DNA of 64,000 nt from an uncultured Planctomycetota bacterium (GTDB lineage: Bacteria > Planctomycetota > Planctomycetia > Isosphaerales > Isosphaeraceae). Under the pieces are notes generated by a model. It did no database searches, was not told where the DNA came from, and saw only the letters and a program-made list of their open reading frames with translations. Made by a program: the position numbers and the translations under genes. The DNA is taken from assembly GCA_963845755.1 (NCBI GenBank), contig CAWJTV010000015.1, positions 128,001 to 192,000 of the forward strand, given 5' to 3'. Below, piece after piece: positions 47,180 through 57,912 of this stretch; within the stretch, counting starts at the first letter, position 1, and the number at the start of each line of letters is the position of its first letter.

Positions 47180-48271
47180 ATGATGAGTTGCAGGGAATCG
47201 GGACGGCGGCTCTTCGCTCCGGCTGTGCTCCCCATGCTGGCAAGTGGTGCGCTCACCCTGCCGCTCCTGACTGTCCTAGCGGCCGCAGGCGAGTTCCAAC
47301 CCAACGCTCTCAAGTTCGGGTCGGTTCGAGTTGGTGCAACCGCCGAGGGCAGCGTGCGCATCTTCCGGAACGGGAAGGAGGCAAGCGGGCTGGCGGTCAA
47401 GGTCGAGCCACCCGCTTTCGTGCGGGTCGAGCAGATCCAGGTCGGCAGCCAGGAATTTGGGGCCAACATCCGGGGCTACTGCGATCTCTGGTTGTCCATC
47501 GACACCCGGCGCGCCGGGGATTATTCCGGCGAGCTGCGCGTCGAGATCGGTCGTGAGGGAGTCGCCGTCCCGGTGAGCGTGACGGTGCGACCACAGTTGC
47601 CGCACCTAACTCGGTTGCTCGTCGTGGAAACCCCGTTCGAAAGGTTCTCGACCAGCGACGCGGCCATATTCGACCCCTGGCTGGACCTGGTCAGCAAATC
47701 CCATCTCGACGTGCATTACCTCGATTCGCGACACCGGGGGGCCGTACTCGAAAAGATCGACCTCGAGAAGTTTGACATCGTCCTCCTGGGCATGGAAGGG
47801 CTCGTCGGTCTCGTCGATTCGGACATCAGGCTCTTGAGGGCTTTCATGGAGCGAGGCGGTCGGACGATCGTGGCAGCGAACGCCTTCTTCGTCGGGACCG
47901 TCGGCAAAGCCAACGAGTTGCTGGTGCCTTATGGATTGCGAATGAAGGACACCGAACCCCGCGACCGAAACGAGTTCCATCTGGGGGCAGCCGAGATCAC
48001 CCATGATCCGCTGACCGAGGGAGTGAAAACGCTGTACTTCCATCGTCCGTCTCCTGTCGCGGTCACGGACTCGCGGCAAGGGAGAGTCCTCGTGGCGGCC
48101 CCCGGTTCTCCCACTGAGGGTTTCGTCGCCGTGGCACGTGCTGGCCAGGGGGAAGTCGTTGCCCTCGGGGAGTCACTCTGGTGGAATTGGGTCGGCCAAG
48201 CCAAGGCGAGGGGGTCTGACAATGTGGTGTTGCTGAGGGACCTCCTGGAGAGACCCAGTCAGCGGAAGTGA
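47180..48271 (+). CDS. Secreted hypothetical protein with an Ig-like domain and a class I GATase-like (DUF4350-like) domain
   Basis: Intact ORF; signal peptide; 'LEKFDIVLL', 'LRAFMERGG', 'GEVVALGES'. Confidence 0.6.
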   Translation: MMSCRESGRRLFAPAVLPMLASGALTLPLLTVLAAAGEFQPNALKFGSVRVGATAEGSVRIFRNGKEASGLAVKVEPPAFVRVEQIQVGSQEFGANIRGYCDLWLSIDTRRAGDYSGELRVEIGREGVAVPVSVTVRPQLPHLTRLLVVETPFERFSTSDAAIFDPWLDLVSKSHLDVHYLDSRHRGAVLEKIDLEKFDIVLLGMEGLVGLVDSDIRLLRAFMERGGRTIVAANAFFVGTVGKANELLVPYGLRMKDTEPRDRNEFHLGAAEITHDPLTEGVKTLYFHRPSPVAVTDSRQGRVLVAAPGSPTEGFVAVARAGQGEVVALGESLWWNWVGQAKARGSDNVVLLRDLLERPSQRK

Positions 48272-48417
48272 GCCGACGTGGATCTTACCTCCGTGAGAGT
48301 GGCCAGTCGCATCGATCGTTTCAGCGGCAGCGAATCGCCGCCTGCCGAAACGGTCCGGACCGGGCTCGTTCAGCCCCGTTCGGGCGGTGCATGATCCCGC
48401 GAGCCGGAGTCCGCCCC

Positions 48418-49795
48418 ATGTCCCAGACGTCCGTCGTCTTGCCCCCCGCAGGCGTACTCCCTCCTGGGCCCAGGTCGCCGGCCTGGTGGCAGCTCTTCCG
48501 GTTCGCGGGCGACCCGCTCGGACTTCTCGCGGCGTGCCACCGCCGGTTCGGTGACGCCTTCACGCTGGATATCGCCGGCAACGGCCGGTTCGTGATGCTG
48601 TCCGACCCGGAGGCTGTCCGCGACGTCTTCCGCGGCGACCCGGCGGTGCTCCACTCGGGAGAGGCCAACGCGTTATTGACCCCGACCGTCGGGCGGTCCT
48701 CGGTCCTGGTGCTGGACGAGGCCCCGCATGCGCAACAGCGCCGGGTCCTGGTCCCGCCCTTGAAGGGCGAGCGGATGCGCGCGGTTCTTCGACGCCATGC
48801 GGCTGGAGACCCTGGAGGCCGTGCGGGCGTGGCCGCTCGAGACGCCGTTCCCCAGTCTGCCGGCGATGCGACGGATCACGATGCGGGTCATCCTCCGCAC
48901 GGGGCTGGGCCTGGCTCCCGGCCTGGAGATGGACCGCTTCGAGGCCAAGATGGAACGGTTCCTGTCCCAAGGCCGGCAGCGGTACGCCCTGGTGCTGATC
49001 ACGATCATCCCGATCGACCGGCTCAGCGGGTCGCGTTGGGCTCCGCTGTTCCGGCAACTGAGCGACCTGGACGATGACCTGTTCGCGGTCATCACGGCGC
49101 GGCGGCGGGGCGAGCACGGGCCGAGCGGCGAGAACGTGCTCGACGACTTGCTCGCGGCGACGCACGAGGACGGCTCGCCGCTCGATGATCGCGAAGTGCG
49201 CAATGCGCTCATCACGATCCTGATCGCCGGCCACGACACGACGGCGCTCGCCCTGTCCTGGGCGCTGGCCGATATCGTGCCGCGCCCGGAGGTCGTCGAT
49301 CGCCTGGCCGACGAGTTACGCCGGGTCACCGGCGGCGGGCCGCCCGAGGCGGAGCACCTGCCGGCGCTGGAGTACCTCGACGGGGCGATCCGCGAGAGTC
49401 TGCGGCGAAGTCCGGTGGTGCCGTTCGTCGTGCGGAGGACGGTCCAGCCGTTCGTGGCGGGCGGCCGGGAGTACCCTACCGGAGTGGTCCTCTGCCCCTG
49501 TTCGTACCTGGTCCACCGGCGCGCGGACCTCTACCCCGAGCCCGACCAGTTCCGCCCCGAACGATTCCTGAATCGGAAGTTCGGCCCGCACGAGTGGTTC
49601 CCTTTCGGCGGCGGCAACCGGGTCTGCCTGGGCATGCCCTTCGCGCTGTATGAGATGAAGGTCCTGCTCGCGACGCTCTTCAGCCAGGTCCGGCTTGCCC
49701 GCCCACCCGGGGCGCGGTCGCGGGCGAGGCGGTACGGCATCGTCCTGGGGCCGGATGATGGGGCTCGCGTGATCGTTCGGGGATCAAGACTCTAG
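48418..49795 (+). CDS. Cytochrome P450, frameshift near 48780
   Basis: 'LPPGP', I-helix 'AGHDTT', 'ESLR' (ExxR), 'FRPERF', heme loop 'FGGGNRVCLG'. Confidence 0.95.
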
Positions 49796-49975
49796 AACGC
49801 TTCAGATGGGAAGCCCTCTAATTCAACGGTATTGCGCTTAATGCCATTGAGCAACGGCCTCTTTGTTCCCCGGTCGGGATCGCGAAGGCTCGGGGCAATC
49901 CCCCCACGAATGCAGCGATCGGATGGATCGAGCCTCGGTTCCTCTCGGCGAGTCCCGCGGGATTCGTCGCGGAAC

Positions 49976-50368
49976 TCACCTCGGTCTGGAGAAATATCCG
50001 AGCGCCCAGCCGACCGCCACTGCAAGGATCTGCGCGACCAACGCCCAGATCCGCTTGCCCCACTCGACCTTTTGCGTCTTGACCTATTCCTGCCACTTCT
50101 TTAGCTCCTCGGTCTCCTTGCGCATCAGAGCCAATTCGACCTTGAGATGGTCGATCGTCCCGAAGCTATCCCTCCATTCCCGGAGATCCTTGAGTTGCTG
50201 CTCGATGACAGCCAGCAATTTGCCGAACGCCGCGACCTCCCTGACGAGTTTGGTCTTCTCCGAGACGATCACGTCGAGCCGGCCGTCGACGGCTCGTAAC
50301 TGCTCCACGTGTCCCGAGACCACCTTGGTCAGGTCGTCGATCTTATCTTCATTCGTCTTGCTCGGCAT
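49976..50368 (-). CDS. Coiled-coil protein with C-terminal TM helix, interrupted by an in-frame TAG at 50084-50086
   Basis: ORF 50084..50368 continues in frame past the TAG as VKTQKVEWGKRIWALVAQILAVAVGWALGYFSRPR to a TGA at 49976-49978. Confidence 0.6.
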
Positions 50369-50369
50369 C

Positions 50370-51278
50370 TCAGCCCGCCTCCTTCACGCCCGTGATGTTC
50401 TCCAAAAGTTTCGTGTTGCGAATTTGGAGAAGATCACCCCAGAGCTTGAAGAGACGGCCCTTCATGTGTTGGGTCTTTGCCAGCTCGTCTGTCGCGAACG
50501 TGCCGGTGACTGTCCCCGTGAAGTCCGAGAGCTTGAGGGTCAAAACTGGTCGGCCATCGCCATCCTCGCCGAGGTCCCAGTCCACGGACACGAGCTCACG
50601 AGAAGTGCCTAGCACCTCGTCCAGCAGATTCGTCGCGGATTCGACCTGGTTGCGGAGGCCCGTTTCCCGATCGATCTTGTTTCGGATCACCGTGACCCAA
50701 GCACCGTCGCGGATATGACGCCGGTCGGAGAGCCGGGCATGCTTGAGCTTCCTGACGATCTCCAACAGGGATGTGATGGCTTCGGACGGAACTTCCCGGG
50801 GTTGCACCCCGTGGACGATCATGTTCCGGAGGTACATCCCCTCGCGGAGCCTGTCGGCCTCGGCTGGGTCGATGAGCCCGGCCTTCAGCAGGCCCTCGAT
50901 CAAGGTGGACGGCGTCCGCTTCTCGAAGGGGCTGCCTTCCCCCTGCAAGACCTCCCGCGCCGCGACCTCGAACGCTGTCCAGCCCATCAGCAACGCGGCA
51001 CGCCGGGTCTCCGGCGTCTGGAGCCGTTCGGCCACTCTCAGGAGTGATAGACTCGTGTCCCCGCCCATCTTCCCTTCGGCAATAACGACCGGTCGGTCCT
51101 TTTGCTCTCCATGCCTCTTGAGGCTGACCGCGAGAACCTCCTCGCCCTTGGTCGCAATTAAATCGACGTCAGGGATCTCCAGCAATTGGGCAAGCCCGCT
51201 GTGTGGATGGACTGCGACGGTGTAGCCGTCTCGTCGGTACCGGTCGGCAAGCACATTGATTGTTTCGGGTTCGGCCAC
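50370..51278 (-). CDS. Restriction-endonuclease-like N-domain fused to a HEPN-like domain
   Basis: 'YRRDGYTV...PDVDLIATKGEEVLAVSLK' (PD-(D/E)xK-like, degenerate) and 'LRNMIVHG' (RxxxxH) in a helical domain. Confidence 0.6.
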   Translation of the reverse strand: MAEPETINVLADRYRRDGYTVAVHPHSGLAQLLEIPDVDLIATKGEEVLAVSLKRHGEQKDRPVVIAEGKMGGDTSLSLLRVAERLQTPETRRAALLMGWTAFEVAAREVLQGEGSPFEKRTPSTLIEGLLKAGLIDPAEADRLREGMYLRNMIVHGVQPREVPSEAITSLLEIVRKLKHARLSDRRHIRDGAWVTVIRNKIDRETGLRNQVESATNLLDEVLGTSRELVSVDWDLGEDGDGRPVLTLKLSDFTGTVTGTFATDELAKTQHMKGRLFKLWGDLLQIRNTKLLENITGVKEAG

Positions 51279-51504
51279 GGCACACCCCTCAGCGAGTCGG
51301 ATTATTCGATTCCTCTGGCTCCTGAATCTATCCGGAACCGATACGCTCTCACAACTTGCGTTCGAAGGGTTGAGGTCCCTGTACGGGCCAAGGAGGGAGA
51401 GCTCATGATCGCTCGCCGGACGATCGGCCTTGTGAGCACAGGATTCTTTAACAATAATTTAACGAGGCAGATGGAGGTTTTGAGACTGGACGGATGACAT
51501 CGCC

Positions 51505-54080
51505 ATGCACACAATTCGACCGCTGGTCTTCGCGGCCATCGCGATCAGCCTGAGTCTGACCTCGACTGCTCGGGCCGGTGATACGAAGGAGACGGCACCG
51601 ACGTTTGAGCGGGATGTACGGCCGATCTTCAAGGCGTATTGCCTCGACTGTCACGGCGGGACGACAGAGCTCAAGGGAAAGCTCGACCTGCGCCTGGCGC
51701 GAACGGCGCGGCACGGAGGGAAGAGCGGGCCGGCGTTCGTCGCTGGCCAGCCCGAGGAGAGCCTGCTCTTGAGTCGCCTCCAGGACGGCGAGATGCCGCC
51801 GACGGAGAAGAAAGTCCCGCCGAGCCAGGTTGCCGTCATCGAGCGCTGGATCGCCTCGGGGGCCCGGACGAGCCGCGACGAGCCCGAGAGCCTGCCGCCG
51901 GGCATCGACATCACCCCCGAGGAGCGCGCCTACTGGGCCTTTCAGCCGATCCGCCGACCCGATCTGCCGGCACTCAAGTCCGAAGACCAGGCGCGGTGCC
52001 GAACGCCGATCGATGCGTTCCTGCTGGCGAACCTCCGCGAGCGTGGGGCGTCGTTTGCGCCCGAGGCGGACCGGCTCACGCTCCTGCGGCGGGCCAGCCT
52101 TCGATCTCACCGGGCTGCCACCGTCGCGCGAGCAGGTTGACGACCTATCTCGCCGACGCCGCCCCCGATGCTTACGAGCGGATGATCGACCGATTGCTCG
52201 ATTCGCCTCACTACGGCGAGCGCTGGGCGCGTCACTGGCTGGATGTCGCCGGATATGCCGATTCCGACGGCAACGGCAACGACGACACTCCGCGTGCTTA
52301 CGCGTACAAGTATCGCGACTACGTGATCCGTGCATTCAACCGGGACACGCCGCTCGATCGGTTCATCGTCGAGCAACTGGCCGGCGACGAGCTGGTCCCG
52401 CGTCCCTGGAACAACCTGAAGGCGGACCAGATCGAGACGCTCGCCGCCACGGGATTCCTCCGCACGGCCGTGGACGGGACTTCCACCGGTGCGCCCGACG
52501 AACCGCTCGCGGCCAATCAGGTCGTCGCCGACACGCTCAAGATCGTCGGCTCGACCTTCCTGGGACTGACCGTCGGCTGCGCCCAGTGCCACGACCATCG
52601 GTATGACCCGATTCCCCAGTCCGACTATTATCGCCTCCGCGCCGTCTTCGAACCGGGGCTCAATCCCGGGCAATGGCGACGACCTGCGGGCCGGCTGGTT
52701 TCGCTCTACACCGACGCCGATCGCGCCAAGGCGGCGGCCATCGAGTCCGAAGCGCAGAAGCTGGCGAAAGCCCTCGATGCGAAGTCACAGAAGTACCTGG
52801 ACGAGGCGGTGGAGAAGGAGCTGGCGAAGTTCCCGCCGAACCTCCGCGGCAAGCTCCGCGATGCGCTCAAGAAGCCCGAGGCGCAGCGCTCGGTCGAGCA
52901 GAAGAAGCTACTGGCCGCGAATCCGAGCGTGAACATCACTCCGGGGGTCCTTTACCAATACAACCCGGCCGCGGCCGACGACCTGAAGAAGGACCAGGCG
53001 AAAGTCGACGCCGAGCGGGCCAGGAAGCCGGTCGAGGACTTCGTGAGCGTCCTCGACGAGGTTCCCGGCGTGGTGCCCGAGACACGCATCTTCTACCGCG
53101 GAGACCATCGCCAGCCTACCCAACCGGTCAAGCCGGGAGACCTGACCATCGCGGCGACGTCCGGAGGGCGGTTCGAGATCGTACCGAAAGACTCCAAGAT
53201 CGCGACGTCGGGTCGACGGATCGCTTACGCGCGCCACCTCGTCGACGGCCGCCATCCGCTGGTCGGCCGCGTACTGGCCAACCGGATCTGGCTGCATCAC
53301 TTCGGCCGCGGGCTGGTCGACACGCCCGGCGACTTCGGCGTACTGGGCAACCGGCCGACCCATCCCGAACTCCTCGACTGGCTGGCGGATGAACTCGTCC
53401 GCCAGGGCTGGAGCCTCAAGCGGATGCACCGGCTGATCATGACGTCGGCGGCCTATCGGCAAGCGTCGCGCCGGGATTCGTCCCGGGGCATTGCCGACAC
53501 CGAGGATGCCTGGTATGGGCGTTATCCGCTCCGACGCCTCGACGCCGAGACCCTCCGCGACCGGATGCTCTTCGTGAGTGGTCGGCTCGATCGGACGCTG
53601 TTCGGACGTCCGGTCCCGGTCATCGAGGACACCGTCGGCCAGGTGCTGCCGGCGAATGACTCGCCCCGGCGCAGTACCTACCTGGAAGTCCGCCGGACCA
53701 AGCCCGTCTCGCTCCTGGCCGCGTTCGATGCGCCTGTCATGGCCGTGAACTGCGATCGCCGGATGAACAGCACGTCGGCGCCCCAGTCGCTGATGCTCAT
53801 GAACAGCGACTTCGTCCTGAACCACGCCCAGGCGCTGGCGAAGCGATTGCGGTCGGAGGCGCCGGCAAGCCCGACCTTTCCCGGATGATCGCCCACGCCT
53901 GGCAGCTCGCCTACGATCGTCCGATCTCGGACGAGGAAGGGGATTGGGCGGCGCGCGTTCGTCGCGGGGCAGCTCGACGCATTGGCGAAGGCCAATGCGA
54001 CCGGCGATCGGGAACTGACTGTTCTCACGGACCTCTGTCAGCAACTGCTGACATCCAACGAGTTCCTGTATGTGGACTAG
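51505..54080 (+). CDS. Planctomycete cytochrome c / DUF1549 / DUF1553 (PSCyt1-PSCyt2-PSD1) protein, frameshifted
   Basis: 'CLDCHG', 'YGERWARHWLDVAGYADS', 'CAQCHDH', 'NRIWLHHFGRGLV', 'PTHPELLDWLA', C-terminal 'NEFLYVD'. Confidence 0.95.
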
Positions 54081-54164
54081 TAGTGTGGTTGCAACCCACC
54101 GAGAACGTGGATCCTGACCTTGGTGGGTTTCACCCACCCTACAAAACAGCTTCAGGTGGTCTTC

Positions 54165-55613
54165 ATGTGGACTGATTCGCCCTATGCAACGCGACGTGCC
54201 TTCCTGGCGAAGAACTCGTTCGGAGTCGGTGCGTTTGCGCTGGCACACCTGCTGCGTCAAGAGGGGTTGCTGGCCGAGACGCCCAAGAAGCCCGGCGAGA
54301 ACTTGCCGCTTGATCTCAAGCCGAAGGCGCCGCACTTCGCTCCGAAGGCGACGGCGATGATCTCGATGTTCATGCACGGCGGTCCGTCGCACGTCAACCT
54401 GCTCGACCCCAAGCCCGAGCTGGCCAAACATCATGGGACCGAGTACGGTGGCGACGTCGTTTACAGCTTCATCCAACGGGCGAACAAGAAGCTCTTCGGC
54501 AGCCCGTGGAAGTTCACGAAGCACGGACAATGCGGCACCGAGGTCTCGGAACTGCTTCCGGCGACGTCGGGCATCGTCGACGACATCTGCGTGATCCGCT
54601 CGATGCACACCGGGCACAATGGGCATGAGGTCTCGATCCGATACTTCCACGGGGGGATTGCCGGCATCGCGGGCCGGCCGACGATGGGGAGCTGGATCGT
54701 GTATGGCCTGGGCAGCCCGTCGCAGGAACTGCCGGCCTACATGGTCCTCTCTGATCCCGGCGGCCACCCGGTCGACGGCACGATCAACTGGTCGAGCGGG
54801 TTCATGCCGCCGCTGTATCAGGGGACGGTGCTCCGCCCCGAGGAGCCGCGGATCTTGAACCTCGACCCGCCGCCGCATCTGCGTGGAACCTTGCAAGCGC
54901 AGAACCTCGCGTTCCTCGACCGGCTCAACCGCCGACATCAGGAACTGCATCCGGGCGAGTCCGACCTGGAGGCCCGGATCCAGAGCTACGAGCTAGCCGC
55001 ATCGATGCAGACGTCCGCCAAGGAGGCGCTCGACGTCACGAGCGAGCCTGCGTCGATCCGGCGGCTTTACGGGCTGGACCAGGACCACACGCGTGAATAC
55101 GGCACGCGCTGCCTGATCGCCCGCAGGTTGGTCGAGCGCGGAGTCCGATTCGTCCAGCTCTTCCTCGGCGGCCAGCCCTGGGACAACCACCAATCGATCC
55201 GTAGCGGGCTCGCCGACATCTGCCATCGGACCGACCGGCCGGCAGCGGCTTTGGTGACGGACCTGAAACAGCGCGGATTGCTCGACACGACGATCGTCCA
55301 CTGGGGCGGCGAGATCGGCCGGCTCCCCGTGAGTGAAGGGAACCTCGACAGCAACGCCGGCCGCGACCATAACGGCCAGGGGTTCTCGATCTGGCTAGCC
55401 GGCGGCGGGATCAAGGGAGGCATGACCTTCGGCGCGACCGACGAGGTCGGCCACCGCGCGGTCCAGGATGTCGTCACCCCGAACGACTTTCAAGCCACCC
55501 TCCTCCAGCTCTTCGGGCTGGACCATAACCGCCTCGTGTATCACGCCAACGGCCGCGAACAACGGCTCATCGACGGCCACGCGTCCCGGGTGGTCAAGGA
55601 GATCCTGGCGTGA
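54165..55613 (+). CDS. DUF1501 domain protein
   Basis: Tat-like 'TRRAFL', 'FMHGGPSH', 'ARRLVERGVRFVQL', 'GRDHN', 'GATDEVG'; canonical partner of PSD1 proteins. Confidence 0.95.
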   Translation: MWTDSPYATRRAFLAKNSFGVGAFALAHLLRQEGLLAETPKKPGENLPLDLKPKAPHFAPKATAMISMFMHGGPSHVNLLDPKPELAKHHGTEYGGDVVYSFIQRANKKLFGSPWKFTKHGQCGTEVSELLPATSGIVDDICVIRSMHTGHNGHEVSIRYFHGGIAGIAGRPTMGSWIVYGLGSPSQELPAYMVLSDPGGHPVDGTINWSSGFMPPLYQGTVLRPEEPRILNLDPPPHLRGTLQAQNLAFLDRLNRRHQELHPGESDLEARIQSYELAASMQTSAKEALDVTSEPASIRRLYGLDQDHTREYGTRCLIARRLVERGVRFVQLFLGGQPWDNHQSIRSGLADICHRTDRPAAALVTDLKQRGLLDTTIVHWGGEIGRLPVSEGNLDSNAGRDHNGQGFSIWLAGGGIKGGMTFGATDEVGHRAVQDVVTPNDFQATLLQLFGLDHNRLVYHANGREQRLIDGHASRVVKEILA

Positions 55614-56130
55614 GCGCGGATCCACAGTCCCCGCTCGCACAACCTGATGAGGCTGGTCAAGAGCGCGGTTTCCCGCGATCGAGAGGACATCGCGGGACAC
55701 GCCGTCTCCTCCAGCGGATTCTTGTAGCAGCCGGATCCTTCCGGCGATCCGAGATCGAGAAACCGAGACTCCTCCCACACGTAGGTTTCGGGTATGATCA
55801 TGGCTGAGGCTCGGGCGTCGTCCGACGTCGGATCACGAAGGGTCAGGAGCAGATTTCAGTTAACGGTTAGTCCCCAAACCCTTTTCTCATCCAACGACTT
55901 TTGATCCCCATCGTCCTTATTTGGGCACGTCCGGATCCTTAGCACCTCGCCACGGTGAAGAGGCCCGGAATTCCCTTCGGGAGGGCGAGACTCCGTGCGA
56001 GTCGACCATGGTAAGCGGCTCGGACCGAGCCTCGCCCTCTCCAATTCCGATCCTCATATTCGAGGTGCAGTTCTGAGGTCCCCGGGGCGGGCGACCGCCC
56101 TGGGGGATCGGGCCCAATTCCGGTCGGGAG

Positions 56131-56802
56131 TCAGTTCGAGGACCGCTTGCGTCGCGCGAAAGAATGGCCGAGGCCCACCAGTATCGCGATACCGCCCGAG
56201 ACGATCGACGTTGGCTCGGGGACGGCACTCTGGTAACCAACTTCGACATTGGTGACCCCGGGGAGACTTCCGGAACCGTACTGCGTCGTGAGGATGAACG
56301 CGGTAATGTACTCGCCCGGTGTGGTCGTGAGGAAGCCCAGGAAGCTCAGGGATTGAGTTCCATTGTCATATGCTTGATATGGTAGTATATAGCTGCTCAG
56401 GTTGGTATCGACCTCGATCTGAATCTGGTCCTGACGAGCCAGAACGCCCATGTCGAATCCAAACATGTTATACTGTGCCGATGAATCGACGGTCCCGCTA
56501 ACGGGCGACCAGTAGTTGTTTGTCATCAGATTCACGATCGGGTCGTATCCGGTTCCCGTCCCGGTGACAAGGTTTTGATCCGAAGTGTAGGTAACGCCAC
56601 CCCGGGTGAACGGGTCGCCAGGAAAGCTGAACCCGGAGCCGAAATCATTGAAATTCGAGTCGAAGACGATGGTCCCCGATGCATTGAACGTCGAAGAATT
56701 CGTCTCGACAAGCAACCCCGCCGTTGCCTGCCCCGTCGTTGTTGCCACCAGGCACATCGTCGCCACAGTCAAGACGATCCGCTTCATTGCGATCCTCATC
56801 AT
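56131..56802 (-). CDS. PEP-CTERM sorting-domain protein
   Basis: Signal peptide, S/T/G/N-rich body, C-terminal 'VPEPTS' followed by a TM helix and 'RRKR'. Confidence 0.9.
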   Translation of the reverse strand: MMRIAMKRIVLTVATMCLVATTTGQATAGLLVETNSSTFNASGTIVFDSNFNDFGSGFSFPGDPFTRGGVTYTSDQNLVTGTGTGYDPIVNLMTNNYWSPVSGTVDSSAQYNMFGFDMGVLARQDQIQIEVDTNLSSYILPYQAYDNGTQSLSFLGFLTTTPGEYITAFILTTQYGSGSLPGVTNVEVGYQSAVPEPTSIVSGGIAILVGLGHSFARRKRSSN

Positions 56803-56926
56803 CGTATATCTCTCCTACGAGACCCTCTCATCCGCTGACTTGTAGCCATCGACCATAGATGAGCTAAAGCGAATTATCTGCGAGGGAGTTTCATATCTTT
56901 CTCATGGTGCGATGCGACGTTCAATA

Positions 56927-56976
56927 ATGTTGGAAAAAACCAACGAAACTCATGTTGGAAAAAACCAACGAAACTC
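56927..56976. repeat. Perfect 25-bp tandem duplication
   Basis: ATGTTGGAAAAAACCAACGAAACTC occurs twice in tandem. Confidence 0.9.
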
Positions 56977-57416
56977 GAATATGGTCAACACAAAGGGGTC
57001 ACGCGGAGACAAAGAGGTCAGGAGGAGACACAGGGGTCGCGAGACAAACGGACCAGGAGCTGATTCCAGTAAACGGCTACTCCCAACCCAGTTCCTCATC
57101 CAGCGCACTGACGATGGGACTCAGAACACGCGCACCGCACCTGGCCATTCCCGTAGGCTGCTCTGCGAGCGCCGCGGTGGGCCGGCGACGAGCATCGGTG
57201 CTTACAGAGCACCCGTCTGGCCCGGACACAACCCAGGCGTGAAATGCTCTAACACCCACTTCCACGATTGTCTATTGAGCGACGTCGAAGCGATGCCGGC
57301 CCGGCTATGCAAAGAAGTCTCCCATGTCGAGTCGGATCACTCCGTTGAGCAGCCAGACCAAGACAAACCGACCCCTAGAGCCTTCCGTAGGCTCCCTACG
57401 CCCTGCGCACATCTGG

Positions 57417-57496
57417 GGATTCCGAATTCCGGATTCGCGATTCCGGATTCCCGGATCATTCCCCTTCGGGAATCCGGAATCGCGAATCGGGAATCC
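57417..57496. repeat. Inverted heptamer arrays
   Basis: About 5 GGATTCC-like units, a short spacer, then 4 GGAATCC-like units. Confidence 0.75.
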
Positions 57497-57699
57497 CGAT
57501 TGGGTTGCGGCCGAAGGCCGCGTTAGGAGGCGGCCGGCAATTAGAGGCATTCGCTGAGGAAGGATTGTCATGGCTCGGTCCTCCGTATCTCGACGTAAGC
57601 CCAACCATTCCTGTCATGAGGCGCACAGTAACCGAACTTGCGACACTTCTCGCCGAACACCACTCGGTTCATGAACCGACGAGCGGGATTCCGCGGCAA

Positions 57700-57912
57700 C
57701 CCTTACGCCAAAGGCGTTAAGAGCAAAGCCCAGGTTCGCCACGGGCGCACCCTGGGTCGGGAACTTCCTTCCCAGGCGAACCGGAGCGTCGGGCTGGGGA
57801 AACCCCGTTGGGGTGCGCCGGAGGAGAGGGAAACCGGAACTCGGTGGCGACTCGACGTTCCCAGGTGCGCCTGCGGCGACCCTGGACTTTGCTGTGCAAC
57901 GCCGTTGGCGTA
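57700..57912. repeat. REP-like composite palindrome, family C-like (copy 2)
   Basis: TACGCCAAAGGCGTT..AGCAAAGCCCAGG ... CCTGGACTTTGCT..AACGCCGTTGGCGTA. Confidence 0.6.

Noticed and set aside
48418..49795. Secondary-metabolite gene cluster around the P450
   Set aside because: No synthase, precursor peptide or transporter gene is adjacent.
52908..54950. 680-aa minus-strand ORF (also 44780..46342, 16644..18035, 35951..37063)
   Set aside because: Antisense shadows of well-supported genes, expected in high-GC DNA; no motifs.
51505..55613. PSD1/DUF1501 pair as a novel system
   Set aside because: A well-known, highly paralogous planctomycete gene pair; nothing unusual here.
56927..56976. Possible CRISPR repeat
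   Set aside because: Only two directly adjacent copies, no spacer, and no cas genes.
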